Positions 7,526-14,225 of a stretch of DNA of 14,225 nt are shown piece after piece. The stretch spans positions 1 through 14,225 of the forward strand of contig JBBITJ010000020.1 of NCBI GenBank assembly GCA_037440825.1. The letters are read 5' to 3'. This DNA is from Candidatus Micrarchaeota archaeon (GTDB lineage: Archaea > Micrarchaeota > Micrarchaeia > Anstonellales > Bilamarchaeaceae). Each line of letters begins with the position of its first letter. Position 1 is the stretch's first letter. The translations under genes and the position numbers were made by a program. Under the pieces are notes generated by a model that saw nothing but the letters and a program-made list of their open reading frames with translations, did no database searches and was not told where the DNA came from.

Positions 7526-7745
7526 GAACATCACCTAAAAACAGCTGTAATAGTGTACTTTGCGAGATTATTAATAGCTTTCGAAATCCGGGCTCAGAAT
7601 GCGTGCAGGAGCATGGTTCAGCTGCCTTGCCGACGCAGCGCAGCCCGAGGCTCATCATCCAGCTTCCCACGTCGCCGTAATCCGTGCCCACGTATTCCTC
7701 GAGCATCTTGAAATAGTCCATTGCGCTGCACAGCTCCTGCTTCAT
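7512..7745 (-). CDS. Small hypothetical ORF or remnant (77 aa), overlapping the nop5 start
   Basis: ATG 7745 lies about 24 nt below a TTTTAA box (7769-7774). No recognisable family; the 3' part runs through the nop5 promoter. Confidence 0.3.
   Translation of the reverse strand: MKQELCSAMDYFKMLEEYVGTDYGDVGSWMMSLGLRCVGKAAEPCSCTHSEPGFRKLLIISQSTLLQLFLGDVHGAR
7569..7576 (-). promoter_or_regulatory. Probable TATA box of the nop5-phosphoesterase-GNAT operon
   Basis: TATTAATA about 45 nt upstream of the nop5 ATG. Confidence 0.5.
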
Positions 7746-7774
7746 GCCCTTTGAATAGGAAGCGTGGCTTAAAA

Positions 7775-8182
7775 TTATTCTCTTGCCTCGCCAGCGTGCC
7801 TTTCCGTCAATCTTCGCCTATATTCAGCATAGACTTTCTCAACGCTCCTCTTGTCTATTCTTCCTCCGGGATGGGTATGCGGCACCAGCCCGCCGCTGAA
7901 TTTCTTGGGTATGTGCATCAATTCGTGGATGAGCACCTGCGTCTTCCTCTCGTCGCTCAATTTGTCGTAGTGCTCGCTCACCACTTCTATCACGTAGAAT
8001 GGGTTGACTTCCAGCGCCTTCTGCCATATCTTCGGAAGGTTCCAGATTCTCGCGTACGCGTTCGCTTTCGCATTCGTGCTCCTCATGCAGATTATTCTCG
8101 CGCCAATTATGTGGCGCATGTCCAGCACGTCCAGTATATGGTCTATCCTTTCCTGTATGTCCGGTGCGTTCTCGACGTCCAT
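7775..8182 (-). CDS. Putative metallopeptidase (HEXXH; archaeal/phage-metallopeptidase-like family)
   Basis: AYARIW.LP.IWQ.AL, YVIEV.SE, VLIHELMHIP..FSGGL.PH; 135 aa. Confidence 0.88.
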   Translation of the reverse strand: MDVENAPDIQERIDHILDVLDMRHIIGARIICMRSTNAKANAYARIWNLPKIWQKALEVNPFYVIEVVSEHYDKLSDERKTQVLIHELMHIPKKFSGGLVPHTHPGGRIDKRSVEKVYAEYRRRLTERHAGEARE

Positions 8183-8191
8183 ATTATCCCT

Positions 8192-8273
8192 GCATGCTTT
8201 CCAAGGGCGGTTGCCAGTCTCCGGTTTCGCGTTCCCCGTTTATTTGGCTTTCGCGTCCCACTGGAAAGCACGC
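8192..8273 (-). ncRNA. Candidate structured RNA (long irregular hairpin) upstream of the metallopeptidase gene
   Basis: 12-bp closing stem GCGUGCUUUCCA/UGGAAAGCAUGC, then GUGG/CCGC, GCCA/UGGC and CGG/CCG. G-U pairs work only on the minus strand. ACGCGAAA occurs twice in unpaired segments. Confidence 0.4.
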
Positions 8274-8282
8274 CCTCATGCC

Positions 8283-8305
8283 TTTATATTGCTTATTCGC
8301 AATAT
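8283..8305. promoter_or_regulatory. herA TATA box with overlapping 7-6-7 palindrome
   Basis: TTTATATT at 8283-8290, about 22 nt before ATG 8312; ATATTGC-N6-GCAATAT at 8286-8305. Confidence 0.6.
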
Positions 8306-8311
8306 CCACCC

Positions 8312-9850
8312 ATGAAGCCAATCGGCACCGTCATCACGACCGAAGAATCCCCCTCCACATCCGAATTTTCGTTCGTCTTCGATCCAAATGAAAAGAACGT
8401 GAAGAAGGGGCAGTACGTGCAGACCGACAGCGAGCAGGGCACGGTCTTCGGCTACATAAATGAAATATTCCGGAGCAACCGCTATTTCGAAAGGGCGGAA
8501 AGCGTCGCTGAATACGAGCGCGTCTCCGCGATGAGCAACAATTTCCCCACCACGAGCTGGGAATACATAATCGCGCAGGTGAACGTCCTGGGGGTCTCTT
8601 CAGGCAGCAGGTTCGAGCGCACCTCCATTCCCCCTGTGCCTGGCGCGAAAGTGTTCAGCGCGAACGAGGAGCTGCTCAAATCCTTCCTCGGCCTTAAGGA
8701 AAACGGCCTTCTTCTCGGAAAAATCCAGCACCACGCGACCGAGGCGAAAATCGACCTCACGCGCCTCATCCAGAAACATCTGGCGATACTGGCGATGAGC
8801 GGCGCAGGAAAATCCCACCTCAGCACCGTTTTGATAGAAGAGCTCTTGGACAGGAAGAAGGAAGACGGAAGAATCGCGGTTATAGTGATAGACATACACG
8901 GCGAGTATTTCGGATTCACGGACAGCCAGTATTCAAACCGCACAAAGCTGATAGAAGTCGGGAACAGGAAGCACGGCTTCTCCTATCCGCTGAGGAAAGT
9001 CACTCCGGAAATGATGGAAGAATGGCTGCCCATGCTTTCCTTTGCGCAGAAGGCGCTCCTGCGCAACATCCTGATGGAGCTCCATTCCGACTACAAGAAA
9101 AACAGGAAATCATACTCTTTCAAGGACCTCATGCAGAAGATAGACGAATACCAGCAGGAGAATTCCAAGACCGACAAGACGGTCAAACCGGCGCTCAAGC
9201 GCACGCTGAAGGAACTCCAGCGCATGCGCATACTTTCGGAAAATAAGGAGAACCCCAAGCTGCTGGAGCACGTTAAACCAGGAAATCTTTTGATAATGGA
9301 TTTCAGCGACGTGGACAGTTTGAGGAAGAAGCAGGTCATCGTCTCCATGCTCGCCAGGAAATTGTTCAATTTGCGCAGGAAAGGCCGCATTCCTCCGTTC
9401 ATGCTGGTTGTGGAGGAGGCGCACAACTTCGCAAGGGAAAAAGCAGAAGAGGAGCAGGCGGTCTCCCGCTCGGTAATAGAAACAATAGCAAGGGAAGGCC
9501 GCAAATTCGGGGCAGCGCTCTGCCTTATTACCCAGAGGCCGGTCAATCTGAGCACCACTGCGCTGAGCCAGTGCAACACCCATATAATACTGCGCGTCAC
9601 CAACCCGAATGATTTGGACCACATCCAGCAGAGCTCCGAGGGCATAGACGCGCGGATTGCAAAATCCATAACCTCCCTGCGCACAGGCGAAGGGATAATA
9701 GTTGGAGAGGCGACGAACGCGCCCATCTTCGTGGACGTGCGCAACATAAAGATACGGAAGAAGGAGAAAGGTAGGCCGCTTGCGGAACTGGCAGCCGAAT
9801 ACGAGAAATTGCAGGATAAGAAGGACGAGGACGCTGAGGCATTTCTTTAG
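8312..9850 (+). CDS. herA: HerA-family helicase/ATPase (HAS barrel plus FtsK/HerA ATPase)
   Basis: Start MKPIGTV. HLAILAMSGAGKS Walker A, IDIHGEY, VVEEAHNF Walker B, AREGRKFG, ITQRP, LSQCNT, NPNDL; 512 aa. Confidence 0.92.
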   Translation: MKPIGTVITTEESPSTSEFSFVFDPNEKNVKKGQYVQTDSEQGTVFGYINEIFRSNRYFERAESVAEYERVSAMSNNFPTTSWEYIIAQVNVLGVSSGSRFERTSIPPVPGAKVFSANEELLKSFLGLKENGLLLGKIQHHATEAKIDLTRLIQKHLAILAMSGAGKSHLSTVLIEELLDRKKEDGRIAVIVIDIHGEYFGFTDSQYSNRTKLIEVGNRKHGFSYPLRKVTPEMMEEWLPMLSFAQKALLRNILMELHSDYKKNRKSYSFKDLMQKIDEYQQENSKTDKTVKPALKRTLKELQRMRILSENKENPKLLEHVKPGNLLIMDFSDVDSLRKKQVIVSMLARKLFNLRRKGRIPPFMLVVEEAHNFAREKAEEEQAVSRSVIETIAREGRKFGAALCLITQRPVNLSTTALSQCNTHIILRVTNPNDLDHIQQSSEGIDARIAKSITSLRTGEGIIVGEATNAPIFVDVRNIKIRKKEKGRPLAELAAEYEKLQDKKDEDAEAFL

Positions 9851-9892
9851 CAAATCGTCATCTTTTTAATACCTTCAACCATAAATAACAAC

Positions 9893-10015
9893 ATGTATTT
9901 TCCTACTGCCCGCTGAGCATCATCCTTGTACAAGGGAAAAGGCGTGAAGGTAGTGGAAACAAGGCCCTGGAACAGGGAATTCGAGCGCGCGATAGGCATT
10001 AAAATACGCTCTTGA
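9893..10015 (+). pseudogene. Small interrupted ORF with in-frame TGA
   Basis: TTTTTAATA (9863-9871) 22 nt before ATG 9893; reads MYFPTAR*ASSLYKGKGVKVVETRPWNREFERAIGIKIRS*. Confidence 0.3.
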
Positions 10016-10024
10016 TGTCCATAC

Positions 10025-10594
10025 CTACACTTTCTCGAAAAGCAGGTAATACTGGTTCTCCATCAGCTTCTCCTTCTTCAGCTTGAAGATGCCGGAAGCG
10101 AGCTCAGCCATCTTGCTCTTGCTCACGCGCTCCCTGAGCGGAGGGCCGAAATCCCATCTCTTGGGATCGGTGCGCCAGTCCACGACCACGAGCTTCCCCT
10201 TCTCCTCTAGAAGGTTGTGGAACACTTCGAACATCTTCCGCTTCCTCACGACTTCGTGCACGAGGCTGAGCGCGAACACGTAATCTGTCTTCTCGGGCAG
10301 CCGTATGGTGTATTCCGTTGATTTGACGGGAAGGATGTTCGCCGCCTTCTCCTTCCTCATCCTGCTTTCGACTATCTCCAGCATCTTCTGGTTTATGTCT
10401 ACTGCATACACCATCCTGCACTTCTTTGCAAGCGGGAGGGTGAGGAACCCGGGCCCGCACCCGAAATCAACCGCAGCGTCATTCTTCCCGACGCCTGAGA
10501 ACTTTATCACGGATTCGGCGGAGCCCTCGTTCTTCCTCTCTTCTGAAAGCAGTATCTCGGCGTTCTCCGCGCCGAACTTATGCGGCTTCATCAT
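10025..10594 (-). CDS. Class I SAM-dependent methyltransferase
   Basis: VDFGCGPG motif I, VYAVDIN..ML, LVHEV, GKLVVVDW, GPPLRERVS. Start at ATG 10594 or 10591. Confidence 0.92.
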   Translation of the reverse strand: MMKPHKFGAENAEILLSEERKNEGSAESVIKFSGVGKNDAAVDFGCGPGFLTLPLAKKCRMVYAVDINQKMLEIVESRMRKEKAANILPVKSTEYTIRLPEKTDYVFALSLVHEVVRKRKMFEVFHNLLEEKGKLVVVDWRTDPKRWDFGPPLRERVSKSKMAELASGIFKLKKEKLMENQYYLLFEKV

Positions 10595-10628
10595 GGGTAT
10601 TGATATGCGCAAGTTCTTTTTATTACAA

Positions 10629-10681
10629 TCTGAACTGCTGTGTCTGAAGGGGTAAAATCAGACTTATAAAACTTGTCTGAA
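10629..10681. promoter_or_regulatory. TATA box bracketed by TCAGAC/GTCTGA inverted repeat, with further TCTGAA copies
   Basis: TCAGAC (10658-10663) - TTATAAAACTT - GTCTGA (10675-10680); TCTGAA also at 10629 and 10643. Confidence 0.5.
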
Positions 10682-10704
10682 AATACAGTAAAAAACACAA
10701 ATAG

Positions 10705-10990
10705 GCGGGATTTGTTACCAAGAAGAATACGGCTTATTACGCATGCAGGTATGGCAAGGGCACTCCAACAGAAGAGCTGCGCGCAACCTCGAACCTCGCT
10801 CCGGGCTTGGACAAATTCAAGGACCAGATGGAGACCGTAGAGAGGTTCCTTGCACAGATGCGCGACGCTACTGAAGAGTTCCAAACTTGCCGGAAGCGAC
10901 GCGGAGCCGAGGGGTATGGTGGTGTCCCTGTCCGCGCATCCTGACGAGCACATAAGGGCAGATGCGTCAGCGCTCTTGTCCCTAATGTAG
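10705..10990 (+). pseudogene. Probable frameshifted remnant of a helical (HEAT-like) protein gene
   Basis: One frame gives LDKFKDQMETVERFLAQMRDATEEF; a shift near 10880 gives SKLAGSDAEPRGMVVSLSAHPDEHIRADASALLSLM*. ATG 10751 follows GCAGGT. Confidence 0.35.
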
Positions 10991-11019
10991 CAGCAGCGGA
11001 AAGCACGGGTCGCGGCAGG

Positions 11020-11027
11020 TATTAAAA
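11020..11027 (+). promoter_or_regulatory. Probable TATA box of mcm
   Basis: TATTAAAA about 50 nt upstream of ATG 11078. Confidence 0.45.
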
Positions 11028-11077
11028 TCCTTACTTCCACTATTAGTCCCCTCAGGTGGGAAGGGCAGTAGATAATC

Positions 11078-13114
11078 ATGAACGAAGACATATCCTCTCT
11101 CGTAGATGCATTGCACGATTTCTTCGACTCAACCTACAAATTGAAGATAAACGCTCTAGTGGCGCATTACCCTGCGAAGAAAAGCCTCGTAGTAGAGTAC
11201 CACGACCTGGAAAAATACGACGTGGACATAGCCGACCGCCTGCTCAAGAAGCCGGACGAGGTGATTGCGGCAGCCAAGGATGCGGTGAAGGCGCTGAACA
11301 TCTCTGTTCCGGGGCACGGCATATTCTCCCCGAACGTGAGGTTCTTCAACGTTCCGGGCTCTGACCAATTGATAGAAAATATAGGGTCCAAGAACCTCGG
11401 CGAATTCATATCTGTAAAAGGCGTGGTAAGCAGGCGCGCGGACGTTATGCACAGAATGCAGGTCGTGGTGTACAAGTGCCAGGTGTGCGATTCCGTTTAC
11501 AAGATGCCCGTGGAAAGGGATTTCGTGCCCATGAAAAGGTGCGAGTCCTGCAATAAGATCGCCCTGAAGCAATTGGACGAGGAGAGCAAGTTCGTGGACC
11601 TCCAGAAAGCGGAGATCCAGGAGCTCCTCGAACGCGTGAGGGGAGGAACTCCTGCTGCGAGGATAGAGCTCTGGCTGGAGGAAGACATAGTGAATTCGAT
11701 AGTTCCTGGAGACAACGTGGAAGTGACCGGGATTCTCAGGCTCAAGCCCCCGAACGCGCAGAAGGGCAAGCAGGAGATGGTGTACGGAAGGTACATTGAA
11801 GTTAATTCCGTGCGCAGCCTAAGGCGCGACTTCGATGAAATTGACATATCGAAGGATGAGGAGCGCCGCATATTGGACTTCTCCAAGCAGCCTGATTTGA
11901 TGAAGAAAATCGCCTCCTCGATCGCCCCCACGATTTACGGGCACGACGAAGTCAAGAAAGCCATCGCATTGCAGATTTTCGGGGGCACGAAAGGCAAATC
12001 CACACGCGGGCTTCCGATACGCGACGACATACACATACTCCTGATAGGAGACCCGGGTATCGCTAAATCCAGGTTCCTCCAGAGCGCAACAGATATCGCG
12101 CCCAAGAAGATATACACGAGCGGCAAATCCGTCTCAGGGGTCGGTCTTACCGTCGCAGTCGAGAAGGACGAACTCAGCGGAGGCGGCTGGACGCTCAAGG
12201 CAGGCGCATTGGTGCTCGCGAGCGGAGGCATGGTCGCGATAGACGAGTTCGACAAGATCGACGATGACGACCGCGCCTCATTGCACGAAGTGATGGAAAG
12301 CCAGACTGTGAGCGTGGCCAAGGCCGGGCTTGTGGCCACGTTCCGCGCCAAGACCGCGATACTCGCAGCAGCCAACCCGAAATTCTCGCGTTTCAACCAG
12401 AACAAGAACCTCGCGGAGCAGTTCGACCTTCCTCCATCCCTGCTTTCAAGGTTCGACCTCATCTTCCCAATAGTGGATGTTCTCGATCTGGAGAAGGACA
12501 GCAAGCTCGCAGAGTACATCCTCTCGTCCCACCAGCGCGCCTCGATGCCTGATTCGGAGCGCGAGGAGGAGAAGGACATAATAGACAAGGAGTTCCTGCG
12601 CAAGTACATTTCATATGCCAGGAGGCACGTGTTTCCCAAGCTCACGCGCGAGGCGATGGACAAGATAAAGGAGTATTACCTGGATTTGAGGAAAAGGGGC
12701 AAGGAATCCGGGACAGTCCCGATCACCCCCCGTTATCTTGAAGGTTTGGTGAGGCTTTCTGAAGCGCACGCCAAAGTCAGGCTCAGCCCGCTCGTGGAAA
12801 TGACTGATGCGGAAGCTGCGATAAACCTCCACGCGTACGTGATGGAGAAAGTGATGACTGACAAAGAGACCGGTCTTGCGGACGTCAGCATAATCGAGAC
12901 CGGCAAGACCAAGAGCCAGATTGAAAGGACCGAAGTGGTCTACGAGATTGTGAAGGAGCTTTGCAGGAAGTTCGACGTAGCCGAGGAGGAGCAGATATTC
13001 GCGGATGCGAAGAACTACAACCTTGAAGAAGGCCAGGTCAGGAAAATACTCGACGAGCTGGTGAAAAGCGGCTCCATCTATAAGCCTGCGCACGGCAAGT
13101 ACCACAACGCATAG
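11078..13114 (+). CDS. mcm: Replicative helicase MCM
   Basis: C4 zinc finger (CQVC...CESC), IAPTIYGH, GDPGIAKS Walker A, IDEFDK Walker B, AAANP, SRFD arginine finger, ITPR.LE, C-terminal winged helix; no intein. Confidence 0.98.
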   Translation: MNEDISSLVDALHDFFDSTYKLKINALVAHYPAKKSLVVEYHDLEKYDVDIADRLLKKPDEVIAAAKDAVKALNISVPGHGIFSPNVRFFNVPGSDQLIENIGSKNLGEFISVKGVVSRRADVMHRMQVVVYKCQVCDSVYKMPVERDFVPMKRCESCNKIALKQLDEESKFVDLQKAEIQELLERVRGGTPAARIELWLEEDIVNSIVPGDNVEVTGILRLKPPNAQKGKQEMVYGRYIEVNSVRSLRRDFDEIDISKDEERRILDFSKQPDLMKKIASSIAPTIYGHDEVKKAIALQIFGGTKGKSTRGLPIRDDIHILLIGDPGIAKSRFLQSATDIAPKKIYTSGKSVSGVGLTVAVEKDELSGGGWTLKAGALVLASGGMVAIDEFDKIDDDDRASLHEVMESQTVSVAKAGLVATFRAKTAILAAANPKFSRFNQNKNLAEQFDLPPSLLSRFDLIFPIVDVLDLEKDSKLAEYILSSHQRASMPDSEREEEKDIIDKEFLRKYISYARRHVFPKLTREAMDKIKEYYLDLRKRGKESGTVPITPRYLEGLVRLSEAHAKVRLSPLVEMTDAEAAINLHAYVMEKVMTDKETGLADVSIIETGKTKSQIERTEVVYEIVKELCRKFDVAEEEQIFADAKNYNLEEGQVRKILDELVKSGSIYKPAHGKYHNA

Positions 13115-13117
13115 GTG

Positions 13118-13145
13118 TTTTGGGTTCTGGGTTTCGGGTTTTGGA
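13118..13145 (+). repeat. 4x imperfect heptamer tandem repeat
   Basis: TTTTGGG TTCTGGG TTTCGGG TTTTGGA fills the mcm-presenilin gap. Confidence 0.85.
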
Positions 13146-13146
13146 C

Positions 13147-14079
13147 ATGAAAAGAAAAATCAGGAAAGTGAAAAAGCCGGAACCCGAGACTGCTAAACCG
13201 GAAAGAGCTCGGGCGAGCCCTGCGCAAGCGTCCATCCATCCGAAAGCGATCCAGGTCTTCACCTACCTGATGTTCATATTCACCGTCACTCACGTTCTAG
13301 GGCTCTATTCCGGGGTGTTCATAACCGAGGACGCGAAGCAGAACGAGATCGTGGCGAATCTCCAGCTCGTTTCCGAGCCGTCAGCGTCAACAAGCGTCCT
13401 TTATCTTTTCTTCTGGGTGCTCATGGGCGCGCTCGCCATGTATCTGCTGATAAAATTCTACAAAGGAGATCTGCTTTTCATACTGTTGGAATTCGCGGTC
13501 ATATCCTTTTCCTCATCTATAGTGTTCTATTCGCTCATCCGGTTGTTCATCCCTGCCGAGGCGCTGGCGATGGCGGCCGCGGTCGCGCTCGGCCTGGGGC
13601 TCGGCGCGCTGAAGTCAGTTTTCCCTTCAATCCAGAACTTCGCAGCGGTTTTCGCGACAGCAGGAGCAGGAGCTGTTTTCGGCTTCTCCCTGAGCTTTTA
13701 CGCCGCACTCCTTTTCCTCGTCCTGCTTTCAGCGTACGATTACATCGCGGTCTTCAAGACGAAGCACATGGTGGGGATGGCGCATTCGCTTTCGAAGAGG
13801 AAAACATCATTCTTAGTAACGTCCAGCCAGAAGACCGAGATGGGCGAGATCAAGCTCGAGCTGGGAACTGGGGACATGCTCATGCCAATAGTGCTCGGCG
13901 TGTCGGGCTTCCGCCTCAGCCCAGCCTATTCGGCCATAATATTGGTTTCTTCCGTCCTTTCTCTGGTCGTGCTGTTCTGGCTGCTCGCCAATAAGAAGGC
14001 TGTGCTTCCCGCGCTTCCTATAATAGGCGGGTGCAACCTCCTTGCTATAATACTCTCGAAGCTGCTGGGGATAATTTAA
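13147..14079 (+). CDS. Presenilin/signal-peptide-peptidase family intramembrane aspartyl protease
   Basis: Multiple TM helices; AYDYIAV (YD), HMV.MA, LGTGD (GxGD), LPALP (PAL). Confidence 0.93.
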   Translation: MKRKIRKVKKPEPETAKPERARASPAQASIHPKAIQVFTYLMFIFTVTHVLGLYSGVFITEDAKQNEIVANLQLVSEPSASTSVLYLFFWVLMGALAMYLLIKFYKGDLLFILLEFAVISFSSSIVFYSLIRLFIPAEALAMAAAVALGLGLGALKSVFPSIQNFAAVFATAGAGAVFGFSLSFYAALLFLVLLSAYDYIAVFKTKHMVGMAHSLSKRKTSFLVTSSQKTEMGEIKLELGTGDMLMPIVLGVSGFRLSPAYSAIILVSSVLSLVVLFWLLANKKAVLPALPIIGGCNLLAIILSKLLGII

Positions 14080-14103
14080 AAACATTGCAGCATTGTCCTC
14101 ACC

Positions 14104-14225
14104 ATGCGTAGACTGCTGCTATTGTTGCTGCTCGCTTCTGTTTCGTGCCTTCACGTCGCGCACGCTTCCTATCAGGATGTGGTCATCAACACACCATGAT
14201 AGACTTCGTCCCCCCAACTCCCGCG
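14104..14225 (+). pseudogene. Secreted-protein gene start with apparent frameshift, running off the window
   Basis: TTTAAAA about 22 nt before ATG 14104. Signal peptide MRRLLLLLLLASVSCLHVAHA; TGA at 14197; the overlapping frame continues TMIDFVPQLP to the window end. Confidence 0.5.

Noticed and set aside
8254..8270. ORB-like TTCCAGTGG (and GTGGAAAC at 9953)
   Set aside because: Isolated partial matches with no properly spaced G-string, no repeated ORBs and no cdc6/orc1 nearby.
7721..8311. N-terminal extension of the 709-aa HerA ORF
   Set aside because: Antisense to the metallopeptidase gene; the HAS barrel begins at ATG 8312, just below a TATA box.
10720..10740. AGAAUACGGCUUAU resembling the RNase P RNA 3' conserved region
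   Set aside because: No matching GAGGAAAGU-type P4 5' strand in non-coding sequence; the candidates lie inside the methyltransferase CDS.
10927..11019. Hammerhead-like CUGACGA...GAAA within a CCUG-CCGCG/CGCGG-CAGG stem
   Set aside because: Stem II lacks the G-C closing pair before GAAA and stem III does not form; GC-rich chance pairing is likely.
1..14225. Other long overlapping ORFs in the track (e.g. 4751-5590, 6689-7711, 9110-9853, 11935-12663); CRISPR arrays, tRNA, rRNA, inteins
   Set aside because: The ORFs are antisense or alternative-frame shadows of well-supported genes. I saw no repeat-spacer array, cloverleaf, rRNA signature or intein-sized insertion.

Overview
Archaeal chromosomal segment, dense in genes and mostly housekeeping. 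The gene content, short Nop5 and compact TATA/leaderless promoters suggest a DPANN lineage such as Micrarchaeota (inference). Gene order: 5'-truncated secD (+), pyrH (-), Cys-repeat secreted protein (+), translin/C3PO (+), ComEC-type MBL-fold lipoprotein that has lost most metal ligands (+), proteasome alpha (-), GNAT (-), metallophosphoesterase (-), N-terminally short Nop5 (-), small ORF (-), HEXXH metallopeptidase-like protein (-), stand-alone HerA (+), class I SAM methyltransferase (-), MCM (+), presenilin-family protease (+), and a signal-peptide ORF broken at the window end. I found no CRISPR array, transposase, integrase, tRNA or rRNA. The unexplained signal is intergenic: two minus-strand structured-RNA candidates with duplicated ACG(CG)AA loop motifs (5541-5598, 8192-8273), a diverged copy of the GNAT 3' end, a box C/D-like motif upstream of nop5, palindromic operator-like sites at TATA boxes, a 4x heptamer G/T repeat, and several broken ORF remnants. 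I cannot demonstrate a complete new multi-gene system from this window.
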